The position numbers and the translations under genes were made by a program. This document shows positions 1-12,829 of a stretch of 39,577 nt of DNA, piece by piece. The notes below the pieces were generated by a model. It did not search any database and was not told the DNA's origin. It was given only the letters and a program-made list of their open reading frames with translations. Within the stretch, counting starts at the first letter, position 1; the number at the start of each line of letters is the position of its first letter. Origin of the DNA: Octopus bimaculoides (Eukaryota); the NCBI RefSeq assembly GCF_001194135.2, contig NC_068988.1, positions 35,595,029-35,634,605 of the forward strand, read 5' to 3'.

Positions 1-502
1 TATATATATATATATATATATGTGAAATTAGTTTTAATCCATCATCTGGTTACTTAATCAATTATCATTATTTCAACTAAAGCTACGGAGTTTTTGAAGT
101 AGATCCAACAGTAGTATACCCCAACCGCTGATGACATCCGGTAGCCCAATCTGTGCCAGCACTCTCCCCAACACTTCAACACGCTAATCTACATAGACCT
201 ATTAATACAAAATATTACACACACACATATATACATATATAAAATGAATGGTATTTATACGTATAGGTATGTCTATGGGTTTGTGCGTGTATGTGTAGCG
301 TGTGTTAATCCGTGGGAAATATTTCCTTTGGAAATGATGTGGCATTAGAGAAGAGGAAATAAAAAAAATGAAACAAAATAATTCCTAACATGGAAAATTT
401 TCAAGTCTTAAAATGTTTATTTAAAATGGACGCAGGCGGGAGAAGAATACCAACGGCGAGACAAAAAATAGAAAAATATGGAAAAGAAAACATACCAAAA
501 TG

Positions 503-573
503 GAAGAAGAAGAAGAAGAAGAAGAAGAAGAAGAAGAAGAAGAAGAAGAAGAAGAAGAAGAAGAAGAAGAAGA
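503..573. repeat. (GAA)n microsatellite
   Basis: Pure GAA run; explains the poly-K/F/L ORFs at 390-637. Confidence 0.98.
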
Positions 574-871
574 AGGGAGGAAAAGAGGTAAAAGGTGTTG
601 TATGAGGCCACAGGCACCAAATTCTGAAATTAGGCACTATAGAAATTCCATTAATATTATATGAAAATATGTATTTTTATTGTGAATGGAAGCTAGACAT
701 CGAAAGAAGTGGAAGAGAGTGGGAGGCAAGAAGTAGGTTGGTAACGTTGCAAGTAAATAAAGTTTTAAAAAACGTATTTTGAAAAAATCGAATAAAATTC
801 CCACGGATAGATTGAAAACTACAGTGGTGGTAATAATAATAATAATAATAATGATTAATAATAATAATAAT

Positions 872-2131
872 AGACACAACTGATAAACAAAACTGTACTT
901 AGAGACTGCAAGAGGAGGAAAAGAGGAGGAAAAGATTTTGGAAATTGATAAATTGATGGAGAATTAAATGCCAGAAAAATTAAAGGCAGAGTACTTGCGC
1001 AGACTTTGACTGATCCTTAAGTCGAAATTAAATGGATGGAATAAGATTGAAGTTATCAAAACCTGGCCGGTTTCACTCCTTAGATATGGAGCAGGGGTAA
1101 TCGCATGGACAATAGACGGACTAAACAGTTTAAACAGAAGGACAAGGAAATTGCTAACTAGATATGGGACACTACACCGAAAAAGTGACACAGGCAGAGT
1201 TTATGTACCAAGAAAAATAGTGGGAAGAGGACTTATTAGATGCGAACACAGCATTAGAGTAGAGGAAAGCAACATACCATGGTATGTAATAAGTGCCACA
1301 GTACCGCTATTATATATGGGTAAAGCAAAGAATGCATGGACAATTTCATAGGGATGTTGAAGATAAGACAGACAGAGAAAAAAGATGGCTGTAGATGACT
1401 AAAAGTGATTTAAAACCGGAATCGGAGGCTTTAATTTGTGCTGCCCAAGAGCAAGTACTAATTACTAACTAGATAAAATACAGAATAGACAACACATCAG
1501 AAAGTGATAAGTGCAGAATCTATGGACAAAACGGTGAAACCGTATGCATATTACCAGCCAATGTACGCCAATAGTCCAGAATGAATACAAGAGACGCCAC
1601 GAAATAGAGCAAGGCTTATCTATTGGACACTTTGCAACATGAATGGACTTGACAGAGCAAAAAATTGGCACAACCACAAACTCGAAGGTATCATCGAAAA
1701 CGTTGATGCAAAGATCCTGTGGAATTTTATGATTCAGTGCGACCATGAGATAGAGAATAGGAAGCCAGACGTAGTCTTACTTTTGAAAGAAAGCAAACTA
1801 TGCTAGATCATAGATATAGCATGCCCAGCTGACAACAAGGTATGCGATAAGGAAGACAGAAAAGTCGATAGATATGACAGGCTAGCTTGGGATGTTAAGC
1901 AGTGGTGGTCGGTGAAAAGGCGGTAGTAGTACCAATAATTATCGGAGCCCTGGGAACAGTGAGTAAAAATCTCGAGAAGTACATGGAACAAATAGGGGCT
2001 GCAAAATGTGTGGAGGACTTGCAGAAAACAGCACTGCTTGGAACCGCTCGAATACTTCGGAAGGTGCTCGAAAAATAAGATGTGTCACCTTAGTTCGCTG
2101 GTGGTGAACAGCTGACACCGTAGTACATCTC
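872..2131 (+). mobile_element. 5'-truncated, degraded R4/Dong-like RLE non-LTR retrotransposon (thumb, CCHC region, restriction-like endonuclease, 3' UTR)
   Basis: Frameshifted translation gives KSDTGRVYVPRKIVGRGL, ALICAAQEQ, EYKRRH, KPDVVLL..IIDIACPAD, IIGALG..KTALLGTARILRKVLEK* (TAA 2076-2078). Preceded by (AAT)n. The 3' UTR matches the copy at 25855-26477. Confidence 0.93.
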
Positions 2132-3010
2132 TATAAATGGAACGAATCACGGAACCCCATTAATCCCAGGTCATTCTAACCACCGCAATCCCAAGCTCTC
2201 ACCTCACTGTGGTTCCTTAAACTACGGCGCATGATTAATATAGGTCCACACAACCTAACAATTTACACTATAATCGCTGGCCATTGTACAAATTCGATGT
2301 AGGCTCAGAGCTCTCGTTCCTTTACAAATAGAACTTAAAATAATAGTTGAAGGTATGATCAAAGAAAGAAATATCTGCAGTTCCCTCGATTTATGCGAAT
2401 CTCGGACAGTCGTGCCTGGTGGCAATTCCGTATCTATGCAGCATCTGACAGTGTTTCTCGATCGTACATTCAGGCCAGTGATTTCTGGCACTTACCCATA
2501 ATTGTTCCGGCTTTGAATCCTCCGACACAGACCAGTGATTTTGTCTTCGATGAGAAGTTTGTGGATCTTTATCACCGCTACTAGATCAATATATAAATTA
2601 CAGATGTAAAACAGCTGATAGAGAGCGGTGGACATTTGATAACATTGAAGGTGCCCAATCTTGATATTCACTCGACCCAGACCTGCAGCTCTTTCACAGA
2701 AGTGAGCTGCGGAAAAAAAACATATCTTCCAGAGAGCGACTACACCTCTTCACTGTCCAGGAAAATCTCTAGGTAACGTAGCTTCAGCACGCATCTGCGC
2801 ATCAGAGCAAAGACATGCTAAGCTCGCATTTCAGAGGATTCTGTCAACAGATTGACCATCTTTCTAGCAATATACATTCTATCTACATGAAGTGGTAACG
2901 TAAAGGTTTCAGTATGGTTACAAAACCCGTCGGTCAAGTGGTAAGAGATTACGGAGGTAATGTAGGCATTTACCACGTCTGACTGACCGAAAATCGTCTC
3001 CATAACCTTC
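2132..3010 (-). mobile_element. Degraded L1/Tx1-clade LINE ORF2 C-terminal fragment with 3' end
   Basis: Minus-strand frames give VVNAYITSVISYHLT, LMRRCVLKLRYLEIFLD, QKSLA and HRYGIATRHDCPRF, resembling the post-RT and C-terminal Cys region of L1/Tx1 ORF2. GC content is higher than the flanks. Confidence 0.7.
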
Positions 3011-3409
3011 TTATATCAACACTACCTTTATGTTTTTGTCTCGTGCTAACAGTAACTGTACTAAATGTACCATCACTAACACTATCTCAATTATTTGCTC
3101 GTGGAATAGTTGATCCGAAAAGACATATAAGAACAGCCATCATATATCATTTGGTAGGATCGACTTAGAAATGTTCAGATCCCATCATTATATAATGGTG
3201 ATAGAGAGCAAGAGAATGTTCTGGAGAGAGGAAAGAGTTGGACAGTCTGGTCAAGGCTCCTAGTTATGTCTTATGTCTTACAATGGTGCATCCTATCTAC
3301 AATAACGCTTTACTTACAACTCTGTATCTGAGCGGGGCTGAAATAATTAAAACTTTTGTTTGCTAACTAAAAATACTAACTTATTAATTTATTATTTTAC
3401 GATGACAAT

Positions 3410-3627
3410 AAGGCTCCGAGCTAGACGAAACGTTTGAATGCCAGACAAATATATTAGCGGCTTTTCTTCCGCCATTCCGTTCTGAAATGAAACGTCTTTG
3501 TGTTCTAGTTTGCCATTCATCCTTTCAGAGACGATTAAATAAATTCCACTTGAAGACAAATGCCGATGTAATCGACTAGTCCCCTCCCAAAACTTTCAGT
3601 TCTTCGGCCTATAGTAGAAAGGATTAT
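3410..3627 (+). mobile_element. tRNA-like SINE copy (family also at 36.2-37.3 kb)
   Basis: Tail GATGTAATCGACTAGTCCCCTCCC...TAGTAGAAAGGATTAT matches the tail of the copy at 36206-36401. Confidence 0.65.
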
Positions 3628-4096
3628 ATAATGATGGGAACAGAACAAATTTTGGTTAAGTATTGTAAATTGTGAGATATGGCAGCAGCTTGTCTTAAAC
3701 ATTGGCACTTAGCAAGTTAACACATCTCACTCTAGGTGTAAAAAATGGAACAAACAGAGCAATCTGTTAAAGTGTTTTACGTATGTTTCCCAAACGAGCG
3801 ACGGTATTCAACTTCCATTACAATTACATATACTTATAACTGAATATCATTGCGTTGAAAAGTCCATAAATGACTATACATGCATGGATACACACATGCA
3901 TTCATAAGCATATTTTGTACACACTCAATATATGTATATGTCACTGCATAAACCTGATTATTGCGTAACGCATGAAAGTACTAATTCATCTGAATATTGT
4001 AAAATTGTAAAAAATGCAAATAATAAAACATGAAAATCAGATTTATTTGGAATTTCATTGATTAATATATTCTATTCACAATCATACAAACTTGTA

Positions 4097-4099
<3 letters not shown>

Positions 4100-4188
<89 letters not shown>

Positions 4189-4230
4189 CCTATATATATA
4201 TACACATGTGTGTGTGTGTGTGTATGTGTG
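4100..4230. repeat. (CT)n/(TA)n/(GT)n compound microsatellite
   Basis: Direct reading. Confidence 0.97.
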
Positions 4231-4440
4231 TGCATTCGAATCAGTTTGTGTGTTTGTGTGTAAAACATAAGATAGGTAAAATAGATTTATACATTTAACC
4301 ATTTGAATTCCTTAGGATTATGGTAACTGAGAGTTGAGTCTTTGGATTAAGCATGATGGCGTGGTGATCAGCTGAGCTAGCGTTCGTTATTTGCATTTAT
4401 TTGTGAGACTATGACGCGCAATAATGCTATCTATTATCAC

Positions 4441-5060
4441 TACATGAAAATGCTACGAAACGGTCGTGATCTTAATGATATCAAGTGGTTGAATATATAT
4501 ACATGTATTATATTATATTTATTATATTATATTTATCTTATGATATTTACTTTACTTTATATTATACTCATTTATTGTGCTTTTAATTATTAATTTTTCT
4601 ATATGTGATAGTGGATTTTCATCGATGAGTTCTTGAAAATTGGTTATTTTCCCTAAAACTATATATTATATATATATATATATATATANNNNNNNNNNNN
4701 NNNNNNNNNNNNNNNNNNNNNNNNNNNNNNNNNNNNNNNNNNNNNNNNNNNNNNNNNNNNNNNNNNNNNNNNNNNNNNNNNNNNNNNNNNNNNNNNNNNN
4801 NNNNNNNNNNNNNNNNNNNNNNNNNNNNNNNNNNNNNNNNNNNNNNNNNNNNNNNNNNNNNNNNNNNNNNNNNNNNNNNNNNNNNNNNNNNNNNNNNNNN
4901 NNNNNNNNNNTATGTATGTATGTATGTATGTATGTATGTATGTATATAAATTTATATCTCTCTACATTTTATATACTACTCACAAAGCAATTTCAATGAT
5001 TGGATCTTCTAGATTTCAGCTGCATGGGCGCTCTGCATTACACATTTTTTGCACTGTGGC
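4441..5060 (+). repeat. Unnamed ~190-bp dispersed repeat, copy 1, split by AT-rich/microsatellite sequence and a gap
   Basis: 4441-4510 aligns by eye with 7000-7063 (TACATG..AATG.T.CGAAACGGTCGT..TCTTA..TATCAA..GGT.GAA..ATACATGTATTA). 4965-5060 aligns with 7082-7185 (AATTTCAA.GA.TG.AT.TTCTAGATTT.AGCTGCAT.GG). Confidence 0.65.
4689..4910. other. Assembly gap (N run) between (TA)n and (TATG)n
   Basis: N bases. Other gaps: 6220-6594, 13724-13877, 16487-16802, 27875-27884, 32892-33066. Confidence 1.
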
Positions 5061-6999
5061 GTAGTCTTTAAGATGATCAAAAAGGCGTATTTTATCCAAC
5101 GAGAGTTAAATATGATTTAACATAGACGGAATCTAAATACAGACTACAATTATCTTTATGCTTCTGATAATACAATAGCTGGAATAATTTGCATACATGA
5201 ACACCATATTCCTTCACCCAGACACCTGCACAAATTGGGTTTAAATGAAAAATATCCTCGATGCCATTAAGGAGAATGGTAAACTCGCAGTTTCGTTCCA
5301 TGTTCGGGCGACTATACTTGAATTCTGCTTTAAACACTCATCAAATGATCAGTTGAAAACTAGAGACATACTGGGGAAAAATGTTCGAATAGCATCTCAC
5401 CGAGATTTATCAATTCATATTTTTTGGCATAGAGGGCTGGAAATAAAGTGAATGTAGTTTCGGTTCATTCTCTTCCTATGAAACAATTGTTGAATGTAGT
5501 TTTTAATTCAATCTCGATCATATCGATACTAACAAGAGAGGAATACAAAAAGTACATTTATTAATTCTATAGCCATTTAGAAAATGGTTAACGACTCATT
5601 AAAATCGTCTGAATAATTCTTTACTTTCCTCGTATTATTTATGTGTTTGCGACTATGTGCTTGTACGCTTGTTTGCGTTTATCGCTACTGTTTAGATAAT
5701 AAATCTTGGAAACAAATCCATGATCTTGTCTACTGTAATCAGCAACCGACGTCAAGAGTATTAATCTAAGAACAAAAAAAAACAACAAAAAAACATGATG
5801 TAGTGATATGGAATAAATCAACTGCAGACTTACATCTATTTATGTATTCATTTGTTTATTATTTATCTCAATTATTCACCGATTCGCAGATCATATATAA
5901 CTAACAATGGAACGTAATTAGAAATGATGTAGCCATTAAAACATTGACTGGGCTGCAAATGTTTCGCATATTTTCCTATTGTAATACAAGTACCGACACG
6001 CAGACTATGCAACAATCACGTTACTAATATAAAGTATAACTGAGTCCAGCACATCTGAGTATAAATAAGTGAACTGAGTTTATAACAGAAAAGCATTTGC
6101 GGCCCTTGGTGAACTGCGGCTTAGCATTAGCTGAGCTTTCTGTTTACTTTCATAGTCGAGCTGAGACACCGATACCTACCTACCTACCTACCTACTTGCA
6201 CACACACACATATATATATNNNNNNNNNNNNNNNNNNNNNNNNNNNNNNNNNNNNNNNNNNNNNNNNNNNNNNNNNNNNNNNNNNNNNNNNNNNNNNNNN
6301 NNNNNNNNNNNNNNNNNNNNNNNNNNNNNNNNNNNNNNNNNNNNNNNNNNNNNNNNNNNNNNNNNNNNNNNNNNNNNNNNNNNNNNNNNNNNNNNNNNNN
6401 NNNNNNNNNNNNNNNNNNNNNNNNNNNNNNNNNNNNNNNNNNNNNNNNNNNNNNNNNNNNNNNNNNNNNNNNNNNNNNNNNNNNNNNNNNNNNNNNNNNN
6501 NNNNNNNNNNNNNNNNNNNNNNNNNNNNNNNNNNNNNNNNNNNNNNNNNNNNNNNNNNNNNNNNNNNNNNNNNNNNNNNNNNNNNNNNNNNNNNAATGTT
6601 AGGAGATATATTTGACGAAAACTTTCCAACCAGTAATGGGAAGAAAACATTTAAAAAATACCAGCCATCTTCTTCAAAGTTGAAATATTTGTATTTAACG
6701 TATCAGATTATAATGCAGGGAATTTTAAAGGCAGAATTGGTGTAGCGGAAGGCAAGCAATATATATTGTACATATATAAAGGATGTTTATTTTTTTTATA
6801 GTACATACAAAGGATGATTTTCTGTATATTTAGCAGAGCTGAACATTTGATGTAGCCATGATTTTCCGTTGATTTGAAGAATTAGCCTTCGGTATCATCA
6901 TTGAATTGTAAATGCACGATACTATTGCGCAATGTGTAACATACATATTGGTGCAGATGGCTAAAACAATTTAATTTATCATACACTAAAATTTTGTAT

Positions 7000-7185
7000 T
7001 ACATGGTGAATGTTGCGAAACGGTCGTCGTCTTAGGCTTATCAACAGGTGAAATACATGTATTAATCACTCATACCACCTGACATTTTATGATCTATGTA
7101 CACTCTATGAATTAATTTCAACGACTGAATTTTCTAGATTTTAGCTGCATAGGATTCTACATCACACTAATTATACTGTAGGCGG
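7000..7185 (+). repeat. Unnamed ~190-bp dispersed repeat, copy 2 (uninterrupted)
   Basis: Collinear similarity to the two halves of the 4441-5060 copy. Confidence 0.65.
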
Positions 7186-7282
7186 CTTCATTAGAGGAAC
7201 TTATTTATGATTCACACAGGATTCCATGAACTCATAATTTGCACTACAAATACATGCATACACGTTTGTATATGTATGCTTG

Positions 7283-7311
7283 TATGTATGTATGTATGTA
7301 TGTATGAATGA

Positions 7312-7385
<74 letters not shown>
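7283..7385. repeat. (TATG)n/(TA)n microsatellite
   Basis: Direct reading. Confidence 0.97.
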
Positions 7386-7387
<2 letters not shown>

Positions 7388-8924
7388 ATAGGCATGTATA
7401 TGTATTACAGACATATATATTATATAATTATATACATACACACATATTCATGCACGCACGCACATTCATACAGCGAAATGTAAGAGGAGTCTCGATCGTC
7501 ATCGTGTCAGATATATCTGCATGTTGCTTTCAGCAGAGTCGTGTCATGTTCTCTCTTCGAGAATCATAGAAATAAATATCTTTAGAGATGATGATCGTGA
7601 CAGTCAAGTATGTGAATGATATTCCTAGCGGAATAAATTCTCGCTCAAAGGAGATAATGAGCAATAGTTCTAATATGTATGTGTGAATATGTTTTTATAG
7701 TCATACATATAAGCAATGTTTCAATAAAGTGGATTTTGCATGTATGAGCATAGGCAGGTAATGGTGTAAATAACATTAAAACAGTTGGAATAGCTGTCAC
7801 TTGCAATTGGATTTCGAAAATAGCAAACGCATGATCTTTCTATAAATACGAGCAAAGATTATTGTGCAATTATTTGCCTTCATGCTTCTCACAGATTTCT
7901 CTGCTGATCCTCAAAGATGTGACTTTGAGTTAGAGAGAGGTGTACCCTCGTATTTTACTGAGCAGAAAATCCCGGAAGGACGAAAAGTAAAGGTGATTTC
8001 TGCCTCATTATTCGGGCCCTTTTCTTAATGCCCCTGAAAAATACTGCAATTTGCAGCGAAAACTTAACGATTTACTGCCATATACGTGTTGTTGTGTGGT
8101 GTAATGTGTGTCTGTGTAATCTCCCTCACCATTCTCTCTTTCTAGGCCCAGTATACTATGTCTTATATAATGAGTTTTTGGCCCTTTGGACGCAATACAT
8201 CACAACACACACATACACACGCATACATAGATAGCCTAATGATTGCTGTTCTTCCATCATAAGTCTTGTGTGTTGCGTGAGTGTACGTGAGTGTTTTTGT
8301 CTTACTTAGTATAACCGCACTGATTTCGAAAATCCTAAATGACGTTTTTTGTGTTGTCGTCAATGCCAGCCTGTCTCCTTCTTAGTTGAAGAGGATACGT
8401 TTTTCTACTACTTCCTTCTCTCTCTCCAAATTCTCGCCGTTTTACCACCATTTTCCCAATACACTATATATGACGAATGTTTATTCGATTACGACTGTTA
8501 GAAGACATGAAATCTCTCTAAGTTGTTCATGAAAACTACCATTGTATTTTAATGCTCGCACTCAACCTCTATTGATCACTACATTTTCACCGTTGACTTT
8601 ATATACTATGGGATAAACAGATTTGATCAGTGTCCGCTTATGATTCTATTCAGGAGAGTTTATTTACTTGAAATGAGAAACCTTTGCATTACTCTTTCTA
8701 TTTCGCAAGTCTGCTACCCAGCAGGCATTTGAACATTTCGCAACTAATGTAGAGTTTAGAAATGTTGTTTATAATTCCTGATTTAATGCTTAACTTTGAA
8801 TGTTTCCTTCTTGTAAAATTCAGATGTACCAGTCCAAAGATATGAATAAGTTAAGATCCAGGTTCGGTGATTATGCGAATAAGGAGCCCAACGTAGGTCA
8901 TATATCACCATGTGTATATATAAA

Positions 8925-9578
8925 AAACAAACTCTGTGTCGGGCCAATCACCATAATAATAACCATAACAACCTATTCGACATAACTATGGGATCATCTG
9001 ATTCAGCTGAGGTCACTGACTTAGTTGGACTATATATACTTCACCAGCTCCATATACATTTCCTTAACATCAAGGGAGACCTATACAGAGATACGCTTTA
9101 TTAGTTACCAAAAGCATACATAAATCTTCCTTACAAAGAACTAGAAATGATCTACATAAATTCTTCTCTAACCTTAACCTATCTATCACATTCGAAAACG
9201 CTCACAAAACTGCTAACTTTCTTGACGTAACTCTAAACTTATCAACCTCCCAATACTTCCCTTACCACAAACCTAACTAATATCGTAAATACCTTATAAC
9301 ATTCACTCCAATCACCACAAATCCACTTTCGATAACATAATCAAGGCCATCTCAACCCGCATATCCGACCTCTCTTCCACTCAGGAAATTTTCCATAATC
9401 ACGCACCATATTACAATCAGGCACGCGCCGCAAATGGCGTTTCCCCAAAAATAGAATGCATAACACCAGGCTCCAACAATATATATCTCAAATCACATCT
9501 CAAACACGCACCAACCATCACAATCGCAACCAACCACACACTCCTCGATGGAACCCTTGAAGGTGTTACACCTAGGCA
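8925..9578 (+). mobile_element. Penelope-like element (PLE) reverse transcriptase remnant
   Basis: LFDITMGSSDSAEVTDLVGLYIL, LYRD, ANFLDVTLNL..YFPYHKPN, SNH..IS.R.S..S..IF..HAPYYNQ are characteristic PLE RT motifs. Stops and frameshifts present. Confidence 0.88.
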
Positions 9579-9579
9579 A

Positions 9580-9595
9580 TACATACATACATACA

Positions 9596-9629
<34 letters not shown>

Positions 9630-9636
9630 CATATAC

Positions 9637-9669
<33 letters not shown>

Positions 9670-9683
9670 TGTATGTATGTATG
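9580..9683. repeat. (CATA)n followed by (TATG)n: fold-back microsatellite
   Basis: The two arms are reverse complements, separated by a short TA-rich spacer. Confidence 0.95.
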
Positions 9684-10448
9684 CAAATATCACGTTATAC
9701 GAGCGGTACAAACGCAGCTTCTTCGTAACTATTTCTCTATATCTGTTATTGCCATGTGATATACTTGAGTATTAAGTTTAGAAAGTTTCATGCTATATTA
9801 GATTTAACGTCCAGTGAAAAAAGTGTGAAACATATGAACTCTTTTGTTTTAGAAAATGAATTGTAAGGTCATTAGGCGTTTATCTCTTTGAAGTGTTTAT
9901 TGGAGAAGTACTATTGTAGTAAGGGCGTGCCTTATCAGGTATTAACATATTATTGGAAGACAGAGTGGATATTCTTCTGTTAATATTGCCTACGAATTTC
10001 TAAAATATTGTTAGTTGCCGATAGTGGTATTGTCCTTCATCAATATAATAAAATTAATTTGTAGTGGGTTTGCTAAACGGTTAATATGATCAAGTTGTTA
10101 CACCGTGTGTAACATGAAGAAAGTAAAGCGAAGTAAAATTCGCGGATATAATTAATTTAATGATGAAAGTAATAAGCGTGTGAATGAATCGTTTAGACAC
10201 ATACCTTCACATATATACGTAAACACATAAATGCATACAGGCGTACACTACAGATATTCACAGATATGTGTGTATGTGATATTTGTATGGGCGTATGTAT
10301 CTGTGAATGTATGCATGTATCTAAGTAATTGTTTGTGCATATATATAAATGTATTTTTTTATTATGTGAGAGAGCAGTGCATGCCATCAAAGTGATACTG
10401 GGGTAAAATATACGAAGCCCAGTATACACATCATGACGAACCGTCTGA

Positions 10449-10518
<70 letters not shown>

Positions 10519-10524
10519 GTTGTT

Positions 10525-10920
10525 GTTCAGTAGTTTTATTTTTATAACGTGCTTTCACTTCACTACCGAGCGCAGCTCTGTGCGCCTTGGGTATGTGCTG
10601 TGGTTTGCTCTGATGCTCTTATGTTTACTGTATTGAAAGGGTTTTGCGTAGAATGTGTGCAGTACACAGTAGTGCAATTTTCTGTATGTTATATATATTT
10701 GTAAGTCCTGGTGTTTTTTTTATGTATTTGTCTGAATATTTCTTTATTATACCTAAGGCACCCACTATGATAAGAATTGTTTCTGTTTTTAGATTCCACA
10801 TTCGAGTTATCTCTATTTCCAGGTCTTTGTATTTTGAAAGTTTTTCCATTTCTTTTAGAGAAACGTTGTCATCTGCTGGTATTGATACATCAATTAGAAA
10901 GCATTTTTTTTCTTCATGAT
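10525..10920 (-). mobile_element. R4/Dong-like LINE 3' fragment, subfamily A (young)
   Basis: CFLIDVSIPADDNV..EKLSKYKDLEIEITRMW..IVGALG..TAHILRKTLSIQ* in one clean frame. 3' UTR nearly identical to 24085-24200. (TAT)n on both sides. Confidence 0.95.
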
Positions 10921-10975
10921 ATTATTATTATTATTACTAGTATTATTATTATTATTATCATCATTATTATCATCA

Positions 10976-11037
<62 letters not shown>

Positions 11038-11600
11038 GTTATTATCATCATCATCATCATCATCCTTATTATCATTATTATTATTGTTATTATTACTATT
11101 ATTATTATAATTTTTATTATTAAATAATAACAACAATAATATAAGTGATCAGCAAACGTTAACGCAAATCTATAAAATTATAATTATCAATCATAATTGA
11201 GGGTACACGAAGTGCCTGCCGTGCTAGAAATAAGAGTCATAAAATACACCAATAAGCCACCATTTCACTGAAAGAACAATAGGTTGGCGAAAATCGAGGC
11301 GACGAGCAAAATTTAACTTACCAATGCGGCTGAAAGTCGCAAATGAGTGTCACAGAAAGTCCTATATCACGTGATTTCAAACTTTCTGATATTTCCCTTA
11401 GTTCTCATCAGTAGTTCTCGCTGATAGTCATGGGTGGAATTTATATTCGCTTAGTCATGTCTGTATCAAAATCGCTGAATGTCCAGCTCTAAATTCAAAA
11501 GATATCGGTGAATAATCATACATAAATAAATAACGATATTATTATTAATAATAAATAATATCAACAATAATATAAGTGGCCAACAAGCATTATATATATA

Positions 11601-12829
11601 CGAGGTGTATTCAAAAAAATATTGAACGTTTGTGTATAAAAAGAAAACAATTTTGTACGTACCACGAATTTTATATAACTTCAAAATTCTCCACTTGGGT
11701 GTTCACAGCTGTGCTGTCGCTCTTATCAAAATTTCCCCCCGTGACTCAGCTTTCCTTTGGGTGTGGTTTTCAGATTGTGAAAAGGTCAGCAGTCGAACGC
11801 TGCCAAGTCAGAGGGTACGAGATCTATCGAAGAAGTTGTGTGCTGTTCTTGACGAGGAAAGCTTGGATTATGTGTGCAGAATTAGAGGGAGTATTTTTTT
11901 GTTGAAGTTGCCAATTCGTCGCCGCCTTACCTCCGGCCATTTTCAACACAGCTTCACGAACGTGACGTATAACCTCCAGGTAATATTCGTTATTAATATT
12001 GTTTGGTATTGCGGGGGCATATTACCGATGTTCAGTACTACGAAAGTCAATGAAACTGGTCAAAATGTTCTTCACATCGCAGTGAATTTGTCATGCATTT
12101 TGGTAGCTTATTGATCTGGGATGCTCACATTAGTAGGACTGGAACTTGGCGTAACCATAAACCCATGTCTCATCTCCTGGGACAATGGGCTTTATAAAAT
12201 CTAGGCTGTTGTTTGTTCAGTTCAGCATGCTCTGAGCGATTTCCATGCAGAGTTGCTTCTGCTGCTCAACCTTCTCATTTCTTCGACATTTTGTCGTGCA
12301 CAAATCTTACGTTAAAATGGAAGGTATAGATCCTGTGCATGTTTCCAGTGCGTGAGTAATTTCCTGGTTTGTCACACGACGGTCTTCCATGACTATTCGC
12401 CGAACCTTTGTAATCGGCTCCTTGTTTCGACTCGTGGATGGCCTGCCTCAGTGTACCTCACGTTCCACTGAAGTGTGATCATTTCTGAAGTGGTTACACC
12501 ACTCCTTGATCTAATTTTTGCTCCCGGCATCATCACGATAGATGGTTTGAGCTTCTATACCACCAAACGTTTCGCAAAACTTGATAAAATATCTCTGCTC
12601 GATGTCTTCGGTCATCCTGCCTGAAAACGAAAAATAGGTGAGTGCGCACTACAGGTCTGTACTCTAGACATAACAGCCTAGAACTGACGCAGTGTACCAG
12701 AACAAAGATTCTCTCACATGCTCAGGAAGAGTGGTATCACTCTCCATCCGAAGGATTTTGCCCATGCGGTATTAGTTTTGACTGGAAAAAAATAAAGTCG
12801 GATAGATACCTTTTTGAACATATTTAATA
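11601..12829 (-). mobile_element. Decayed, near full-length mariner DNA transposon (transposase pseudogene from ATG at 12615)
   Basis: MTEDIEQRYFIKFC, GRPSTSRN, EDRRVT, GDETWVYGY and a degenerate PDLAPSD-like motif. Left end TA-CGAGGTGTATTCAAAAAA and a degenerate right TIR TTTTTGAACA near 12811-12829. Confidence 0.9.

Noticed and set aside
390-879. ORFs with poly-K/F/L/I tracts (also 4058-4302, 10433-11136, 18642-19026, 37229-37647 and the X-filled ORFs)
   Set aside because: Translations of microsatellites or N gaps, not genes.
5060-5460. ORFs 5092-5337 and 5245-5451; faint mariner-like C-terminal resemblance
   Set aside because: No diagnostic motif recovered; similarity too weak to call.
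11361-11419. Minus-strand CUGAUGA...GAAA-UCACGUGA-UA pattern resembling a third hammerhead
   Set aside because: Stem I is only 3 bp, stem II closes with G-U and has an 18-nt unstructured loop, and there is no second copy; plausible by chance. An Infernal score would settle it.
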